Source of the DNA: an uncultured Actinomycetota bacterium
Lineage (GTDB): Bacteria > Actinomycetota > Actinomycetes > JACCUZ01
Reading direction: 5' to 3'
Assembly: GCA_963829565.1 (NCBI GenBank)
Contig: CAWHJC010000021.1
Coordinates: 217,835-281,834, forward strand
Length of the DNA: 64,000 nt
This document shows, piece after piece, positions 23,408-34,813 of this stretch (within the stretch, counting starts at the first letter, position 1; every line of letters begins with the position of its first letter). Both the position numbers and the translations under genes were made by a program. The notes under the pieces are model-generated. The model did not search any database. It was not told the DNA's origin and saw only the letters and a program-made list of their open reading frames with translations.

Positions 23408-24091
23408 TCAAGTGACGGTCTTTTGCGGTGATCCAGGTGACGCCAGGGCCCCGGTAGGGGCTGGAACGTCACCTGGATCATCTGGATCATCAGCCGGCGG
23501 CGGCCGCAGCGACCGCCACCGGGCGAGCAGGCCCTCCGGGACGTCCTCGGTGGTCAGCACGAACGCCCGGTGGTCGCGCCACTCTCCGGCGATGTGCAGA
23601 TAGCGACGACGGAGGCCCTCCTCGCGGAAGCCGAGCTTCTCCACCACGCGCAGCGACGCGGTGTTCTCCGGCCGGATGTTGACCTCGATGCGGTGCAGCT
23701 GGAGCACCAGGAAGCAGTGGTCGACGGCCAGGGCGACGGCGGTCGGGATGACGCCACGACCGGCGACCCGGGCGTCGATCCAGTAGCCGACGTGCGCCGA
23801 GCAGAGCGAGCCGTGGGTGATCCCACCCACCGTCAGCTGCCCGACCAGGGCACCGTCCAGCGTCACCACGAACGGCATGATCTGTCCCTTGCGGGCCTGC
23901 CCGCGCAGGTTGCGCACCATCGCCGGGAAGCTCAGCGGCGGCCCGACGTGCCGCGGCGGCGTGGCCTCCCAGGGGGCCAGCCAGTCGCGGTTCTCGGCCC
24001 GCACCCGGGTCCACGCCTCCCGGTCGCCGCGCGCGATCGGGCGCAGCGAGACGGGACCCTCCCGCAGCGTCACCGGCCAGCCCGCGGTCAT
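23408..24091 (-). CDS. rimJ: RimJ-like GNAT acetyltransferase
   Basis: WLAPWEAT, GQLTVGGI, GYWID, LHRIEVNIRPEN..SLRVVEKLGFREEG, WRDH. Confidence 0.88.
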   Translation of the reverse strand: MTAGWPVTLREGPVSLRPIARGDREAWTRVRAENRDWLAPWEATPPRHVGPPLSFPAMVRNLRGQARKGQIMPFVVTLDGALVGQLTVGGITHGSLCSAHVGYWIDARVAGRGVIPTAVALAVDHCFLVLQLHRIEVNIRPENTASLRVVEKLGFREEGLRRRYLHIAGEWRDHRAFVLTTEDVPEGLLARWRSLRPPPADDPDDPGDVPAPTGALASPGSPQKTVT

Positions 24092-24140
24092 ACGGGGCCC
24101 CCGCGGAAGTGCGAGCGCAGCGAGCAGTTCCGCGGGGAAG

Positions 24141-25105
<965 letters not shown>

Positions 25106-25109
<4 letters not shown>

Positions 25110-26338
25110 GACAGGCGCCGCTCGAGAACCATCACCTCGACGCTCGCACCGGCCGGCACCTCTGTCACGTCCTCCGGCACGACGACGAGCGCGTTGGAGT
25201 GCGCGAGGGATGCGACCAGGTGGGACCCCGCGCCGCCGACCGGACGCACGACGTAGCGCCCGTCGGCCACGGACAGCCAGGCGCGGGCGTACTGCCGCTT
25301 CCCGGCGGGCGACGACATGGCCGACTCGCACACGGCCCGCACCGTGGGACGGTGCAAGGGCTCGACGCCGAGCATCCGCCGGATGACCGGGCGGACGAAG
25401 ACCTCGAACGAGACGTACGAGCTGACCGGGTTGCCCGGCAGGGTGATGATCGGCGTGCTGTCCGGGCCGATGGTGCCGTAGCCCTGTGGCTTGCCGGGCT
25501 GCATCGCGACCGCCTCGAAGCGCACCGTCCCGAGCCGGGACAGCACCTCCTTGACGACGTCGTAGGCCCCCACGCTGACCCCGCCGCTGGTGAGCACCAG
25601 GTCGGCGCGGATCAGCTGGTCCTCGATCGCGTTCATCAGCGAGCGGTCGTCGTCGGGGACGATGCCGACCCGGAAGGCGGTGGCGCCGGCCTCGCGGGCG
25701 GCGGTGGTGAGGATGTAGGAGTTCGACTCGTGGATCTGGCCGGGCTCGGTCGGCGAGCCCGGCTCGACCAGCTCGCTGCCGGTGGAGATGATGACCACCC
25801 GCGGACGGGGCCGGACCAGCACCCGGTCACGGCCGACAGCGGCCAGCAGACCCAGCTGCCCCGGCCCGAGCCGGGTGCCCGCCTCGAGCACCGTCTGCCC
25901 CGCCGTGACGTCCTCGCCGCGGCGGCGGACGGCGTGGCCGGGCGCGGGTGCCTGGTCGATCGAGACGCTGGCGAGGCCGCGGTCGGTCCACTCCAGGGGC
26001 ACTACCGCCTCGGCGCCCGGCGGGACAGGTGCGCCGGTCATGATGCGCACCGACATGCCGGGCTGCACGGTGTAGGTCGGGCGGGCGCCGGCCGCGATGT
26101 CACCGACCACCGGGAGCTGTGCAGGCGTCGCCGCGGTCGCTGTCGCGACGTCCGAGAGCCGGACGGCGTAGCCGTCGACCGCGGAGTTGTCGAACCGCGG
26201 CAGGTCGGTGTCTGCCACGACCGGCTCGGCCAGGATGCAGCCGTGGGCGTCCAGCAGCTGCAGGTCCAGGGACGCGATCGGCGCGATACCGGCGAGGATG
26301 TCGGTGAGGTGCTGGTCGACGCTCTTGAGCTCCGTCAC
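25106..26338 (-). CDS. moeA: Molybdopterin molybdotransferase
   Basis: FDNSAVDGYA, IMTGAPVP, STGSEL, SGGVSVG, MQPGKP, LPGNPVS. Confidence 0.95.
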
Positions 26339-27240
26339 CGGCCGAGCCCTCCGACGAAGTCCCGCAGCCACTCGGTGAAGTCGGGGCCGAGGTCCTCGCG
26401 CTCGGCGGCCAGCCGCACGACCGTCTTGAGGTAGTCGAGCCGGTCGCCGGTGTCGTAGCGACGGCCGTCGAAGACCACGCCGTGCATCGGGCCGTGGTCT
26501 CCCGAGGCCGCCATCGACCTCAGCGCGTCGGTCAGCTGGATCTCCCCGCCACGTCCGGGGTCGGTCTTGCGCAGGACGTCGAAGACGCCCGGGTCCAGCA
26601 CGTAGCGCCCGATGATGGCCAGGTCGCTCGGCGCGTCCTCGGGTGCCGGCTTCTCGACCAGGTCGGTAACCCGCACGACGTCCCCGTCGCCCTCGACCGC
26701 GGCGCAGCCGTAGAGGTGGGCCTGCTCGCGCGGCACCCGCATCAGAGCGATGACACTGCCGCCCTCTCGGGCCTGCACCTCGAGCATCCGGCTCAGCAGC
26801 GGGTCGCGCGGGTCGATCAGGTCGTCACCCAGCAGCACGGCGAAGGGTTCCCGCCCGACGTGCCGGGCCGCGCAGAGCACGGCGTGGCCGAGCCCGCGCG
26901 GGTCGCCTTGCCGGGTGTAGTGCAGGTCGGCGATGACGGCGCTCTCGCGGACCCGGGCCAGCCGTTCGGTGTCGCCCTTGGCCTCCAGCGCGGCCTCGAG
27001 TTCCCAGTTGGTGTCGAAGTGGTTCTCGATGGCGTTCTTGTTGCGACCGGTGACCAACAGGACGTCGTCCAGGCCGGCGGCGACGGCCTCCTCGACGACG
27101 TACTGGATAGCCGGCTTGTCGACGACCGGGAGCATCTCCTTCGGCGTCGCCTTCGTGGCGGGCAGGAAGCGGGTGCCGAGCCCGGCCACCGTCACGACAG
27201 CCTTGGTCACCTTCAGGTCGCCGCTCGATGCGCCGCTCAT
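26335..27240 (-). CDS. galU: UTP-glucose-1-phosphate uridylyltransferase
   Basis: AGLGTRFLPATKATPKEMLPVVDKP, GLGHAV, VEKP, GEIQLTDA. Confidence 0.96.
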   Translation of the reverse strand: MSGASSGDLKVTKAVVTVAGLGTRFLPATKATPKEMLPVVDKPAIQYVVEEAVAAGLDDVLLVTGRNKNAIENHFDTNWELEAALEAKGDTERLARVRESAVIADLHYTRQGDPRGLGHAVLCAARHVGREPFAVLLGDDLIDPRDPLLSRMLEVQAREGGSVIALMRVPREQAHLYGCAAVEGDGDVVRVTDLVEKPAPEDAPSDLAIIGRYVLDPGVFDVLRKTDPGRGGEIQLTDALRSMAASGDHGPMHGVVFDGRRYDTGDRLDYLKTVVRLAAEREDLGPDFTEWLRDFVGGLGR

Positions 27241-27258
27241 GACACGGCACCCTAACGC

Positions 27259-29210
27259 TCAGTCCTGCGGAGCCCCGGGGACGTGCCAACGGTCGCGACC
27301 GCCACCCTTCGCGACATAGAGCGCCTTGTCCGCGGCTCGCATCAGCGTGGCCGGGCTGGACCCGTGCTCCGGGAAGGCAGCGCCGCCGACGGAAACCGTG
27401 ACGTGCAGCGGCTCCTCGCCGTCATGGCGGAACGGCTCGCGGCGCACCGCCGCGCAGATGCGCTCGGCCAGCTGGGCGGCGCCCTCGACCGTCGTCTCGG
27501 GCAGCACGACGACGAACTCCTCGCCGCCGTAGCGCGCGAACGTGTCGACCTCTCGGATCTGCTCCTGCACCCGGCTGGCCAGCTCCCGCAGCACAGTGTC
27601 CCCACGCGCGTGCCCGTGCGCGTCGTTCACCTGCTTGAAGTGGTCGAGGTCGAGCATCAGCACGGCGAGCGGGCGGTCGAAGCGGGTGGAGCGCTCGATC
27701 TCGCGGGCCAGGCTCATCGAGAGGTAACGGAAGTTCCAGAGGCCGGTCAGCGGATCGGTGGTCGACAGCCGCTGCGCCTCCTGGTGCAGCTGCACGTTGT
27801 CGATCGCGATGCTGGCCTGGCGGGCGAGGGTGGTCAGCGCGTCCTCGTCGGACGCCTCGAACGCTCGTCGGTCGATGCGGTCGTAGAGCGCGACCACCCC
27901 GACCACCGACCCCATGCTGACGAGGGGCACGGCCAGGACGTCACCGAAAGCAGGTTCCACCTCCGACGGCGCCAGCCCCACCGGGCCCGAGCCGATCCGC
28001 CCGCGCACCGGGTCACCGGTCGCGACGACTCGGCCGAGGATGCCGTTACCCGGCGACCACGACGGCCGGCGCCGGGAGGCCGGCCTCGTGCAGGCCCTGC
28101 TCGGCCATCAGCTGGAGCTGGTCACCCGAGCGGTAGACCACCACGCCGGCCTTCGCGGCCAGGGTCGCCGTCGCGGTCTCGAGCACGACGTGCAGCAGGC
28201 CGTCGAGGTCGTGCGTGCTGCGCAGGGCGTCGCCGATCCGCTCGAGGCTGTCGCGCAGATCGCCCCGGCTGCGCTCGAGCTCGCTCAGGCTGCGCCGGAG
28301 CTCGTCGGTCATCTGGTTGAACGCGCTGCCGAGCCGCCCCGCCTCACCCTCGTCGCTGGCGGCGATCGAGGTGTCGAGGTCGCCCTGGGCGACTCGCTCG
28401 GCGGCCTCGGTCAGGTCGGTGAACGGCTGGCTGAGCCCGCGGGCGACCACCCTGACCAGCAGCCCGGCCGCAGCGGCGCCCGCGAGCAGGATCCCGGCCA
28501 CCAGCCACCGCGTCGCCCCGCTGCCGCAGTCGGGGACGGCCACGACCACGTCGTACGGGACGCCGCTGCGCGGAGCCTCGACCCGCAGCGTCCAGCCGTC
28601 CCCGTCGAGAGTCCCCCGGCGGCCGTCGATCTCGCCGGCCACGGCCCTCGACTCGGCCGGCCCGAGCGTGGAGGCGACCACCTCACCCCCGGAGAGCAGC
28701 AGGACCTCGCCCTCGGTGCCGCCGCGGAGCCGGAGAGCCTGCATCGCGCGTGAGTCCAGGACGCGGGCGACGACGGTGGCGCTGGCACCCGGCACACCCT
28801 CGACCGGGACGCGGTCGGCGATCAGACCCATGCCCTCGTCGGCGAGTCGAGCAGCCGGGCAGGGTGGCCGGCTCGACGCCGGGGGGCAGGTCCCCCTGCT
28901 CGGCGACGACGGAGCCGTCCGAGCCGAGGACGGCCGCGTAGTCGGCGTACCCCCCGCTCGCGACCGAGGCGACCGCCTCCTCGGGCGACGAGGTGGCGGA
29001 CTCCAGCGCTGCTGTCCGGGCCGCGAGGCCGAGCAGGGAGCAGTCGTCGGCGAGCTCGGCGGCCACGGCGGAGGCGGCGACGTCGATCGACTCGGCCTGC
29101 CGGTCGGACTGGGCGCCGATCACGACGACGATCACGACGAGCACGCCGACGACGATCGGCACCAGGAACAGGGCGCCGAGGACGAGCCACAGCCGGGTGC
29201 GCAGGCTCAT
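27259..29210 (-). CDS. Membrane diguanylate cyclase (TM-sensor-TM-HAMP-GAF-GGDEF); frameshifts near 28840 and 28045
   Basis: HAMP (DLTEAAERVAQGDL..AFNQM), DPLTGLWN, DLDHFKQVNDAHGH, REVD I-site and RYGGEEF. Confidence 0.88.
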
Positions 29211-29237
29211 GGCAGCGCCCCGCGGCGCCGGGCTGGG

Positions 29238-29867
29238 ATGATCGCTCCCGTGGGTGACGCGGAGGGAGCAGCGGCGGAGAAGGCGCGGCTGCGGGCGCGC
29301 GTGACCGCCGCTCGCCGCGCGACCGATCCCGCGGTGCGAGCGCACGCTGCGGCGCGCGTCACGCGTTCCGTGCTGGACCTCCCGGACATCCTGGCCGCCC
29401 GCTGCGTGGCCGCCTACTTCTCCTTCGGCACGGAACCGTCGACTGCTGAGCTGCTGGCCGAGCTCGGATCGAGAGCCGAACGGCCGCGGCTGCTGCTCCC
29501 GGTGCTGCGGGACGACCTCGACCTGGACTGGGCAATCTACGACGAACCAGGCCGGATCACACAAGGCGCGCGGGGTCTGTGGGTGCCCGACAGCCCGAAT
29601 CTGGGTGTGGACGCGGTGGCCGAGGCGGACGTCGTGGTCGTGCCGGCGCTGGCCGTAGGCCCGGACGGGGCCCGGCTCGGCCGCGGCGGCGGCTCGTACG
29701 ACCGGGCGCTGTCCCGGGTCGGATCCGGGACCGTGGTGGCCCTGCTGTACGACGGCGAGCTGCTGCCCGACGTACCCGCTGAGGCGCACGACCGGCCGGT
29801 GGACGTCGCCGTGCTGCCGTCCGGCGTGCACCGCCTGCGCCCGGCGCCCGCCGGGGGGCGACCGTGA
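29238..29867 (+). CDS. 5-formyltetrahydrofolate cyclo-ligase
   Basis: EKARLR, VVVPALAV..GARLGRGGGSYDRAL, EAHDRPVD. Confidence 0.92.
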   Translation: MIAPVGDAEGAAAEKARLRARVTAARRATDPAVRAHAAARVTRSVLDLPDILAARCVAAYFSFGTEPSTAELLAELGSRAERPRLLLPVLRDDLDLDWAIYDEPGRITQGARGLWVPDSPNLGVDAVAEADVVVVPALAVGPDGARLGRGGGSYDRALSRVGSGTVVALLYDGELLPDVPAEAHDRPVDVAVLPSGVHRLRPAPAGGRP

Positions 29868-31414
29868 CCGCGGACCAGCTCGACCTGCTGCTGCTCCTCG
29901 GCGCGGTCGTGCTCCTGGTGGCGATCGCCGCGGTGCGCCTCGCCGTCGGGAGCGGGCTGCCGACGCTGCTGATCTACCTCGGGCTGGGCATGGTCCTCGG
30001 CGAGGACGTCCTGGGGCTCGACTTCGACGACGAGGAGCTCGCCAGGGCCCTCGGCTACGCAGCTCTCGTCGTGATCCTGGCCGAGGGTGGCCTGACCACG
30101 AAGTGGCGAAGCATCCGGCCGGTGGTCCCGGCGGCCGCCTCGCTCTCCGTGGTCGGCACGGCCGTGTCGGTCGTCGTCGTCGCGGTGGCCGCGCACACCT
30201 TCGTGTCGATCGGCTGGCGCGACGCGTTGCTCATCGGGGCGATCCTGTCGCCGACCGACTCGGCGGCGGTGTTCTCCGTCCTGCGCCGGGTGCCCCTCCC
30301 ACCTCGGCTGGCCGGGCTGCTGGAGGCGGAGTCCGGGTTCAACGACGCGCCGGCGGTCATCCTGGTGGTCACCCTGGCCGGAGCGAGCGCGCCCTCGTGG
30401 TGGGAGCTCGTCGGGCTGCTCGCCTACGAGCTGTCGGTCGGGGCGGTGGTCGGGCTCGCCGTCGGCTTCGCCGGCGCGTGGGGGGTCCGCCGGATCGCCC
30501 TGCCGTCGTCGGGCCTCTATCCGCTCGCCGTGCTGGCGCTGTGCGTGGCGGCCTACGGGTCCGCGGCGGTCGTCCACGCCAGCGGCTTCCTCGCCGTCTA
30601 CCTGGCGGCCCTGGTGCTCGGCAACTCCCGGCTGCCGCACCGGCCGGCGACCCGTGGCTTCGTCGAGGGCGTGGCCTGGCTGGCCCAGATCGGGCTGTTC
30701 GTGATGCTGGGGCTGCTCGCGACGCCGAGCGACCTCGGTCCGTGGATCCCGCCGGCGCTCGGCGTCGGGCTGGTCCTGCTCGTGCTGGCCCGCCCACTGT
30801 CCGTGTGGGTGGCGCTGCTGCCGTTCGGGTCGAGGTCGGAGTCCGATCCTCCGCCGGATGATGACGACGACGACCACGCGTCGGGGTGGCGGCTGCCGAC
30901 GACCTGGCGCGAGCGCGCACTGCTGTCCTGGGCGGGCCTGCGCGGCGCGGTCCCCATCGTGCTGGCCACCGTGCCGGCCGACGACGACGTGTTCAACCTG
31001 GTGTTCGTCCTCGTGGTCGTCTTCACGCTCGTGCAGGCGCCGACGCTCCCGGCGGTGGCGAGTCGGCTCAAGGTGACGGCCGACATGGAGGCTCATGCGC
31101 TGGACGTCGAGTCGTCACCGCTGACCCGGCTCGACGCCGACCTGTTGCAGGTCCAGGTGCAGCAGGGGTCCCGGCTGATCGGCGTCGAGGTCTTCGAGCT
31201 GAGTCTGCCGGAGGGCGCGGCGGTCACGCTGATCGTGCGGGAGGGGCGGGCGTTCGTCCCCAGGCCGAGCACTCCGCTGCGGGCCGGGGACGACCTGATC
31301 CTGATCGCCACCGAAGCCGTCCGCGTCACCGTCGAGCAACGGCTGCGTGCCGTGTCGCGAGGCGGCCGGCTGGCGGGGTGGCACCACCCCCGCCGCCGCC
31401 CCCGCCGCCCCTGA
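29864..31414 (+). CDS. K+/H+ antiporter (CvrA/NhaP2) with C-terminal TrkA-C domain
   Basis: ILAEGGL, PTDSAAVFSVLR, EAESGFNDA, WAGLRGAVPIVLA. Confidence 0.92.
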   Translation: MTADQLDLLLLLGAVVLLVAIAAVRLAVGSGLPTLLIYLGLGMVLGEDVLGLDFDDEELARALGYAALVVILAEGGLTTKWRSIRPVVPAAASLSVVGTAVSVVVVAVAAHTFVSIGWRDALLIGAILSPTDSAAVFSVLRRVPLPPRLAGLLEAESGFNDAPAVILVVTLAGASAPSWWELVGLLAYELSVGAVVGLAVGFAGAWGVRRIALPSSGLYPLAVLALCVAAYGSAAVVHASGFLAVYLAALVLGNSRLPHRPATRGFVEGVAWLAQIGLFVMLGLLATPSDLGPWIPPALGVGLVLLVLARPLSVWVALLPFGSRSESDPPPDDDDDDHASGWRLPTTWRERALLSWAGLRGAVPIVLATVPADDDVFNLVFVLVVVFTLVQAPTLPAVASRLKVTADMEAHALDVESSPLTRLDADLLQVQVQQGSRLIGVEVFELSLPEGAAVTLIVREGRAFVPRPSTPLRAGDDLILIATEAVRVTVEQRLRAVSRGGRLAGWHHPRRRPRRP

Positions 31415-31428
31415 CCGGAGGAGACGCG

Positions 31429-33756
31429 TCAGACGACGGCGCCGCTGCTGTCGCGGTCGACCCGGGCCCGCACGGGCGACTTCTTCGGCACCGGTGGCGG
31501 CGACGGACTGCGCTTCTCGAGCTCGATCGCGAGTGGGGACGCGGTGAACATCGAGGAGTACGTGCCGACCAGGATGCCGATGAGCAGCGCGACGGCGAAG
31601 TCGGTCAGCGAGTCCCCACCCAGCACGGCCAGGGCCGACAGGATGAAGACGGCACCGAGGCCGGTGTTCACCGTCCGGGGCACGGTCTGCAGCACAGCGG
31701 TGTTCACGACACGGGGGAACCCGTCGGACCGTCGCACGGCCCACAGCTCGCGTACCCGGTCGAAGACGACGACCGAGTCGTTCACGGAGTAGCCGATGAC
31801 CGTCAGCAGCGCCGCGAGGAACACACCGTCGATCGGCTTGCCCAGCCAGGCGAAGACGCCGACCAGCACGACGACGTCGTGCGCCATCGCGGCGACCGCG
31901 GACGCGCCGAGCGTCCAGCGGAACCGCACCGCCAGGTAGAGCAGCTGCGCGCCGAGCGCGACCGCCAGCGCGATCAGCGCCTTGTTGCGCAGCTCGTCCC
32001 CGAGGCTCGGGCCGATCAGCTCGTCACGCTCCTTGGTGACCTCGCCGCCCGTGGCCTCCTCCAGCGCCCGCTCGATCGTGACGACGTCGTCGTTGGTCAG
32101 ATCGCCCGTACGCACGGAGACGTTGTCCTCGCCGCTCTCCTGGACCACCGCGCGGGGGAAGCCGGCGTCGCCGACCGCCTCGCGGGCCGTGTCGACGTCC
32201 AGCGTCGCGCTGGACGAGTACTCCACCAGCCGCCCGCCGGTGAACTCGACGCCCAGGTCGAGACCGCGCCAGAAGATCCCGGCCCCGGCCAGCACGAGCA
32301 CGAGCAGCGACCCGGCCAGGAACCGCCGGCCGTGGCGCATCAGGTCCGGGTCACGCTCGGAGAGCCAGGTCCGCACCCGGCCGGGCGCCGCGATGCCGGT
32401 GACCGGTGGCCGGGTCATGACGGCCCGCCGCCCGACCGCCCACTCGGCGAGCACCCGGGTGACGATCAGCGCCGACACCATCGACGCGAGAACACCGATG
32501 GACAGGGTGACGCCGAAGCCCCGGACCGGCCCGGACGCGAGGAAGAACAGCAGCCCCGCGGCCAGCAGGGTGGTGACGTTCGAGTCGATGATCGCGCTCC
32601 ACGCCTTGGCGAACCCGGTGGAGACCGCCGTGCGGAGGCTCTTCTTCTTCGCGGACTCGTACTCCTCCCTGGCTCGTTCGAAGACCAGCACGTTGGCGTC
32701 GATGGCCATACCGATCGCCAGCACGAAGCCGGCCAGGCCCGGCAGCGTCAGCGTCGCTCCGAGGGCGACCAGCGCCGCGTAGGAGATCAGGGCGTAGCCC
32801 GCGAGCGCGACCACCGCCAGCCCACCGAGCAGCCGGTAGACCACCATGATGAAGATGCCGGTCAGCGCGACGCCGATGACGGCCGCCTTGGCGCTCGCGT
32901 CGATCGCCGCGTCGCCGAGCGTCGGGCCGACGGTCCGTTGCTCGATGACCTCGACCGGCACCGGCAGGGCGCCGCCGCGGATCAGGACGGCGAGCTCCTT
33001 CGCCTCCTCCGTCGTGAACCGGCCGGTGATCTGCGTCGACCCGCCGGTGATGCCGACGTCGCAGGCGACGCTGGGGTCGACCTGCGGTGAGGAGATGACC
33101 TCGTCGTCAAGGACGATCGCGACTCGACGGCGCGGGTCACCCGGCGGCTCGCAGGCCGCGTCCCCGGTGAGCTGTTCCCAGGAGTCCTGGCCGCCGCCCT
33201 GGAAGTCGATGGTGACGTACCACCCGCCGCCGCCCAGCGAGTCGATCGCCGCCTGCGCACCCTTGACGCCCTCCCCCGTGAGGCCGGGCGGACCGAGGCG
33301 CAGCGGCTGGCCGTCCTCGTCCTCGACGACGAGCTCCCCGTCGGCCGCGGAGGGCGTCGGTGACGGCGAGGGCGACTCGGTCCCCGACGGCGAGGGAGTG
33401 GGCTCCGGGACGCCGAGGACCGGGTGGAACGTCAGCTGCGCGGTGCGGCCGATCACCTCGGCGGCCTCCCGCGGGTCCTGCAGCCCGGGCAGCTCGACGA
33501 TGATCCGCCGGTCGCCGGAGCGGGTGAGGCTGGGCTCGGCGACGCCGAGAGCGTCGACCCGGCGGCGCAGCACCTCGACCGCCCGGTCGGTCGACTCCTG
33601 GCCGGCCTTCACGGTCGGGGAGTCCTGGGTCTCGAGCACGATCTGGGTGCCGCCGCGCAGGTCGAGGCCGAGGCGGGCGGGGGTGCTCACGGCGAAGTAG
33701 ACGGATCCGGCGAGGATGCCCAGCGCCACCAGAGCGCGGACGAGCGGTGCGGACAC
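31429..33756 (-). CDS. secDF: Fused protein translocase subunit SecDF (second paralog)
   Basis: LGLDLRGG, LRRRVDALGVAEP, GALP, IGMAIDANVLVFER, LGVEFTGG, GYSVNDSVVVFDRVRE, RTVNT. Confidence 0.95.
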   Translation of the reverse strand: MSAPLVRALVALGILAGSVYFAVSTPARLGLDLRGGTQIVLETQDSPTVKAGQESTDRAVEVLRRRVDALGVAEPSLTRSGDRRIIVELPGLQDPREAAEVIGRTAQLTFHPVLGVPEPTPSPSGTESPSPSPTPSAADGELVVEDEDGQPLRLGPPGLTGEGVKGAQAAIDSLGGGGWYVTIDFQGGGQDSWEQLTGDAACEPPGDPRRRVAIVLDDEVISSPQVDPSVACDVGITGGSTQITGRFTTEEAKELAVLIRGGALPVPVEVIEQRTVGPTLGDAAIDASAKAAVIGVALTGIFIMVVYRLLGGLAVVALAGYALISYAALVALGATLTLPGLAGFVLAIGMAIDANVLVFERAREEYESAKKKSLRTAVSTGFAKAWSAIIDSNVTTLLAAGLLFFLASGPVRGFGVTLSIGVLASMVSALIVTRVLAEWAVGRRAVMTRPPVTGIAAPGRVRTWLSERDPDLMRHGRRFLAGSLLVLVLAGAGIFWRGLDLGVEFTGGRLVEYSSSATLDVDTAREAVGDAGFPRAVVQESGEDNVSVRTGDLTNDDVVTIERALEEATGGEVTKERDELIGPSLGDELRNKALIALAVALGAQLLYLAVRFRWTLGASAVAAMAHDVVVLVGVFAWLGKPIDGVFLAALLTVIGYSVNDSVVVFDRVRELWAVRRSDGFPRVVNTAVLQTVPRTVNTGLGAVFILSALAVLGGDSLTDFAVALLIGILVGTYSSMFTASPLAIELEKRSPSPPPVPKKSPVRARVDRDSSGAVV

Positions 33757-33764
33757 GGTGGGAA

Positions 33765-33839
33765 CTCCTGTGCAGCAGGGCCACCGCGCGGGGTCGCGTC
33801 AGGGTGGCGGGGAGGCGGTCGGGCTCAGACGCACAGAGG
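33765..33839 (-). promoter_or_regulatory. Stem-loop that can sequester the secDF Shine-Dalgarno sequence
   Basis: mRNA CUCUGUGC (end of the upstream ORF) pairs with GCACAGGAG (SD); inner stems GCCACC/GGUGGC and CGCG/CGCG. Confidence 0.65.
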
Positions 33840-34253
33840 CGCCGGAGGTCCCCGTCCCCGGTGGCTCCCTGCCGTACGTCCGAAAGGTGCCGTCACCGGG
33901 CGAGGCCGCGTGACGAACCGGCCGAGCAGGCCGGCCAGCAGCGCAGCCGTCAGGACTGCCGCGACGTCGGGCGAACCTGTAGTCCTGCCTCGCGACGCGT
34001 CGGCCGCGCGGACCTCGGCCGCTGCTGCGGTCCGCTCGCGGTGCAGGCGCCGGGCGGCTTCGCGGACCTCACGCAACGTCCCCGGACGAGCCGATGCCGG
34101 CGCGGTGGCCGCGTGCCCCTGGCTCCCGGCGACGGTCAACCGCGCGCTGCTCCCCGGCGATGCCGTCCAGCCGAGGCCGAGCAGGGACGCGCATGAGGCC
34201 AGCACCACGAGCAAGGCTGCGGGAAGCGCGCGGGGGCGGGGACGGCAGCTCAT
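33825..34253 (-). CDS. Putative ribosome-arrest leader peptide (ApdA-like, RGPP motif), 142 aa
   Basis: N-terminal signal-like segment, second hydrophobic segment, C-terminal RGRGPPAPLCV; ends 68 nt upstream of secDF; -10 TAGCCT 8 nt before ATG. Confidence 0.75.
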   Translation of the reverse strand: MSCRPRPRALPAALLVVLASCASLLGLGWTASPGSSARLTVAGSQGHAATAPASARPGTLREVREAARRLHRERTAAAAEVRAADASRGRTTGSPDVAAVLTAALLAGLLGRFVTRPRPVTAPFGRTAGSHRGRGPPAPLCV

Positions 34254-34305
34254 CGGGAGCCAGGCTAGCCCTGCCCGTCCTGTGGTGCCCGCTGCCGCAC
34301 GATCG

Positions 34306-34809
34306 TCAGTGCATGCCGTGCACGACCGCATGGCCACGGCCGCGGCCGATCAGCACCCGGTTGACCGGGACCGTGACGACGAACGCGACGAGCAGCGCGA
34401 AGGCCAGGCTGCCCCAGAACAGCATGTTGCCCAGGCCGGCTTCCATCGCGCCCGGAACCGCGAGCATCACCGCGTTGTCGACGATCTCCATCACCAGGAT
34501 CGACACGGTGTCGGCAGCGAGCGCCACCTTGACGGCCGACCGGAAGGGCAGGCCCGACCGCAGCACCGGGCCGACGGTGAGGGCGTAGCCGAAGAAGAAC
34601 GCGAGGACGACGGCGAGCGCGATGGTCGGCCAGTCGCCCCAGCCGAGAGCCGTCCCGATGACCATCCCGAGCACCTCGCCGATGGCACAGCCGGTGAGGC
34701 AATGCAGGGTCGCGGACACAGCGGTCCTGGTCAGCTCGCGCCCGGTCAGCGGATGGGCGTGGTCACTCATGACGGCTCCTGTCGACGTGCCCGGCGTACC
34801 CGACGTCAT
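34306..34809 (-). CDS. DUF4396 membrane protein (alternative start 34770)
   Basis: ATLHCLTGCAIGEVLG, ADTVSILVMEIVDN, PVNRVLI.RGRGHAVVH. Confidence 0.85.
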   Translation of the reverse strand: MTSGTPGTSTGAVMSDHAHPLTGRELTRTAVSATLHCLTGCAIGEVLGMVIGTALGWGDWPTIALAVVLAFFFGYALTVGPVLRSGLPFRSAVKVALAADTVSILVMEIVDNAVMLAVPGAMEAGLGNMLFWGSLAFALLVAFVVTVPVNRVLIGRGRGHAVVHGMH

Positions 34810-34813
34810 GTAT

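Noticed and set aside
30830-30900. Acidic insertion (SDPPPDDDDDH) in the K+/H+ antiporter
   Set aside because: In-frame low-complexity loop, too short for an intein or a domain.
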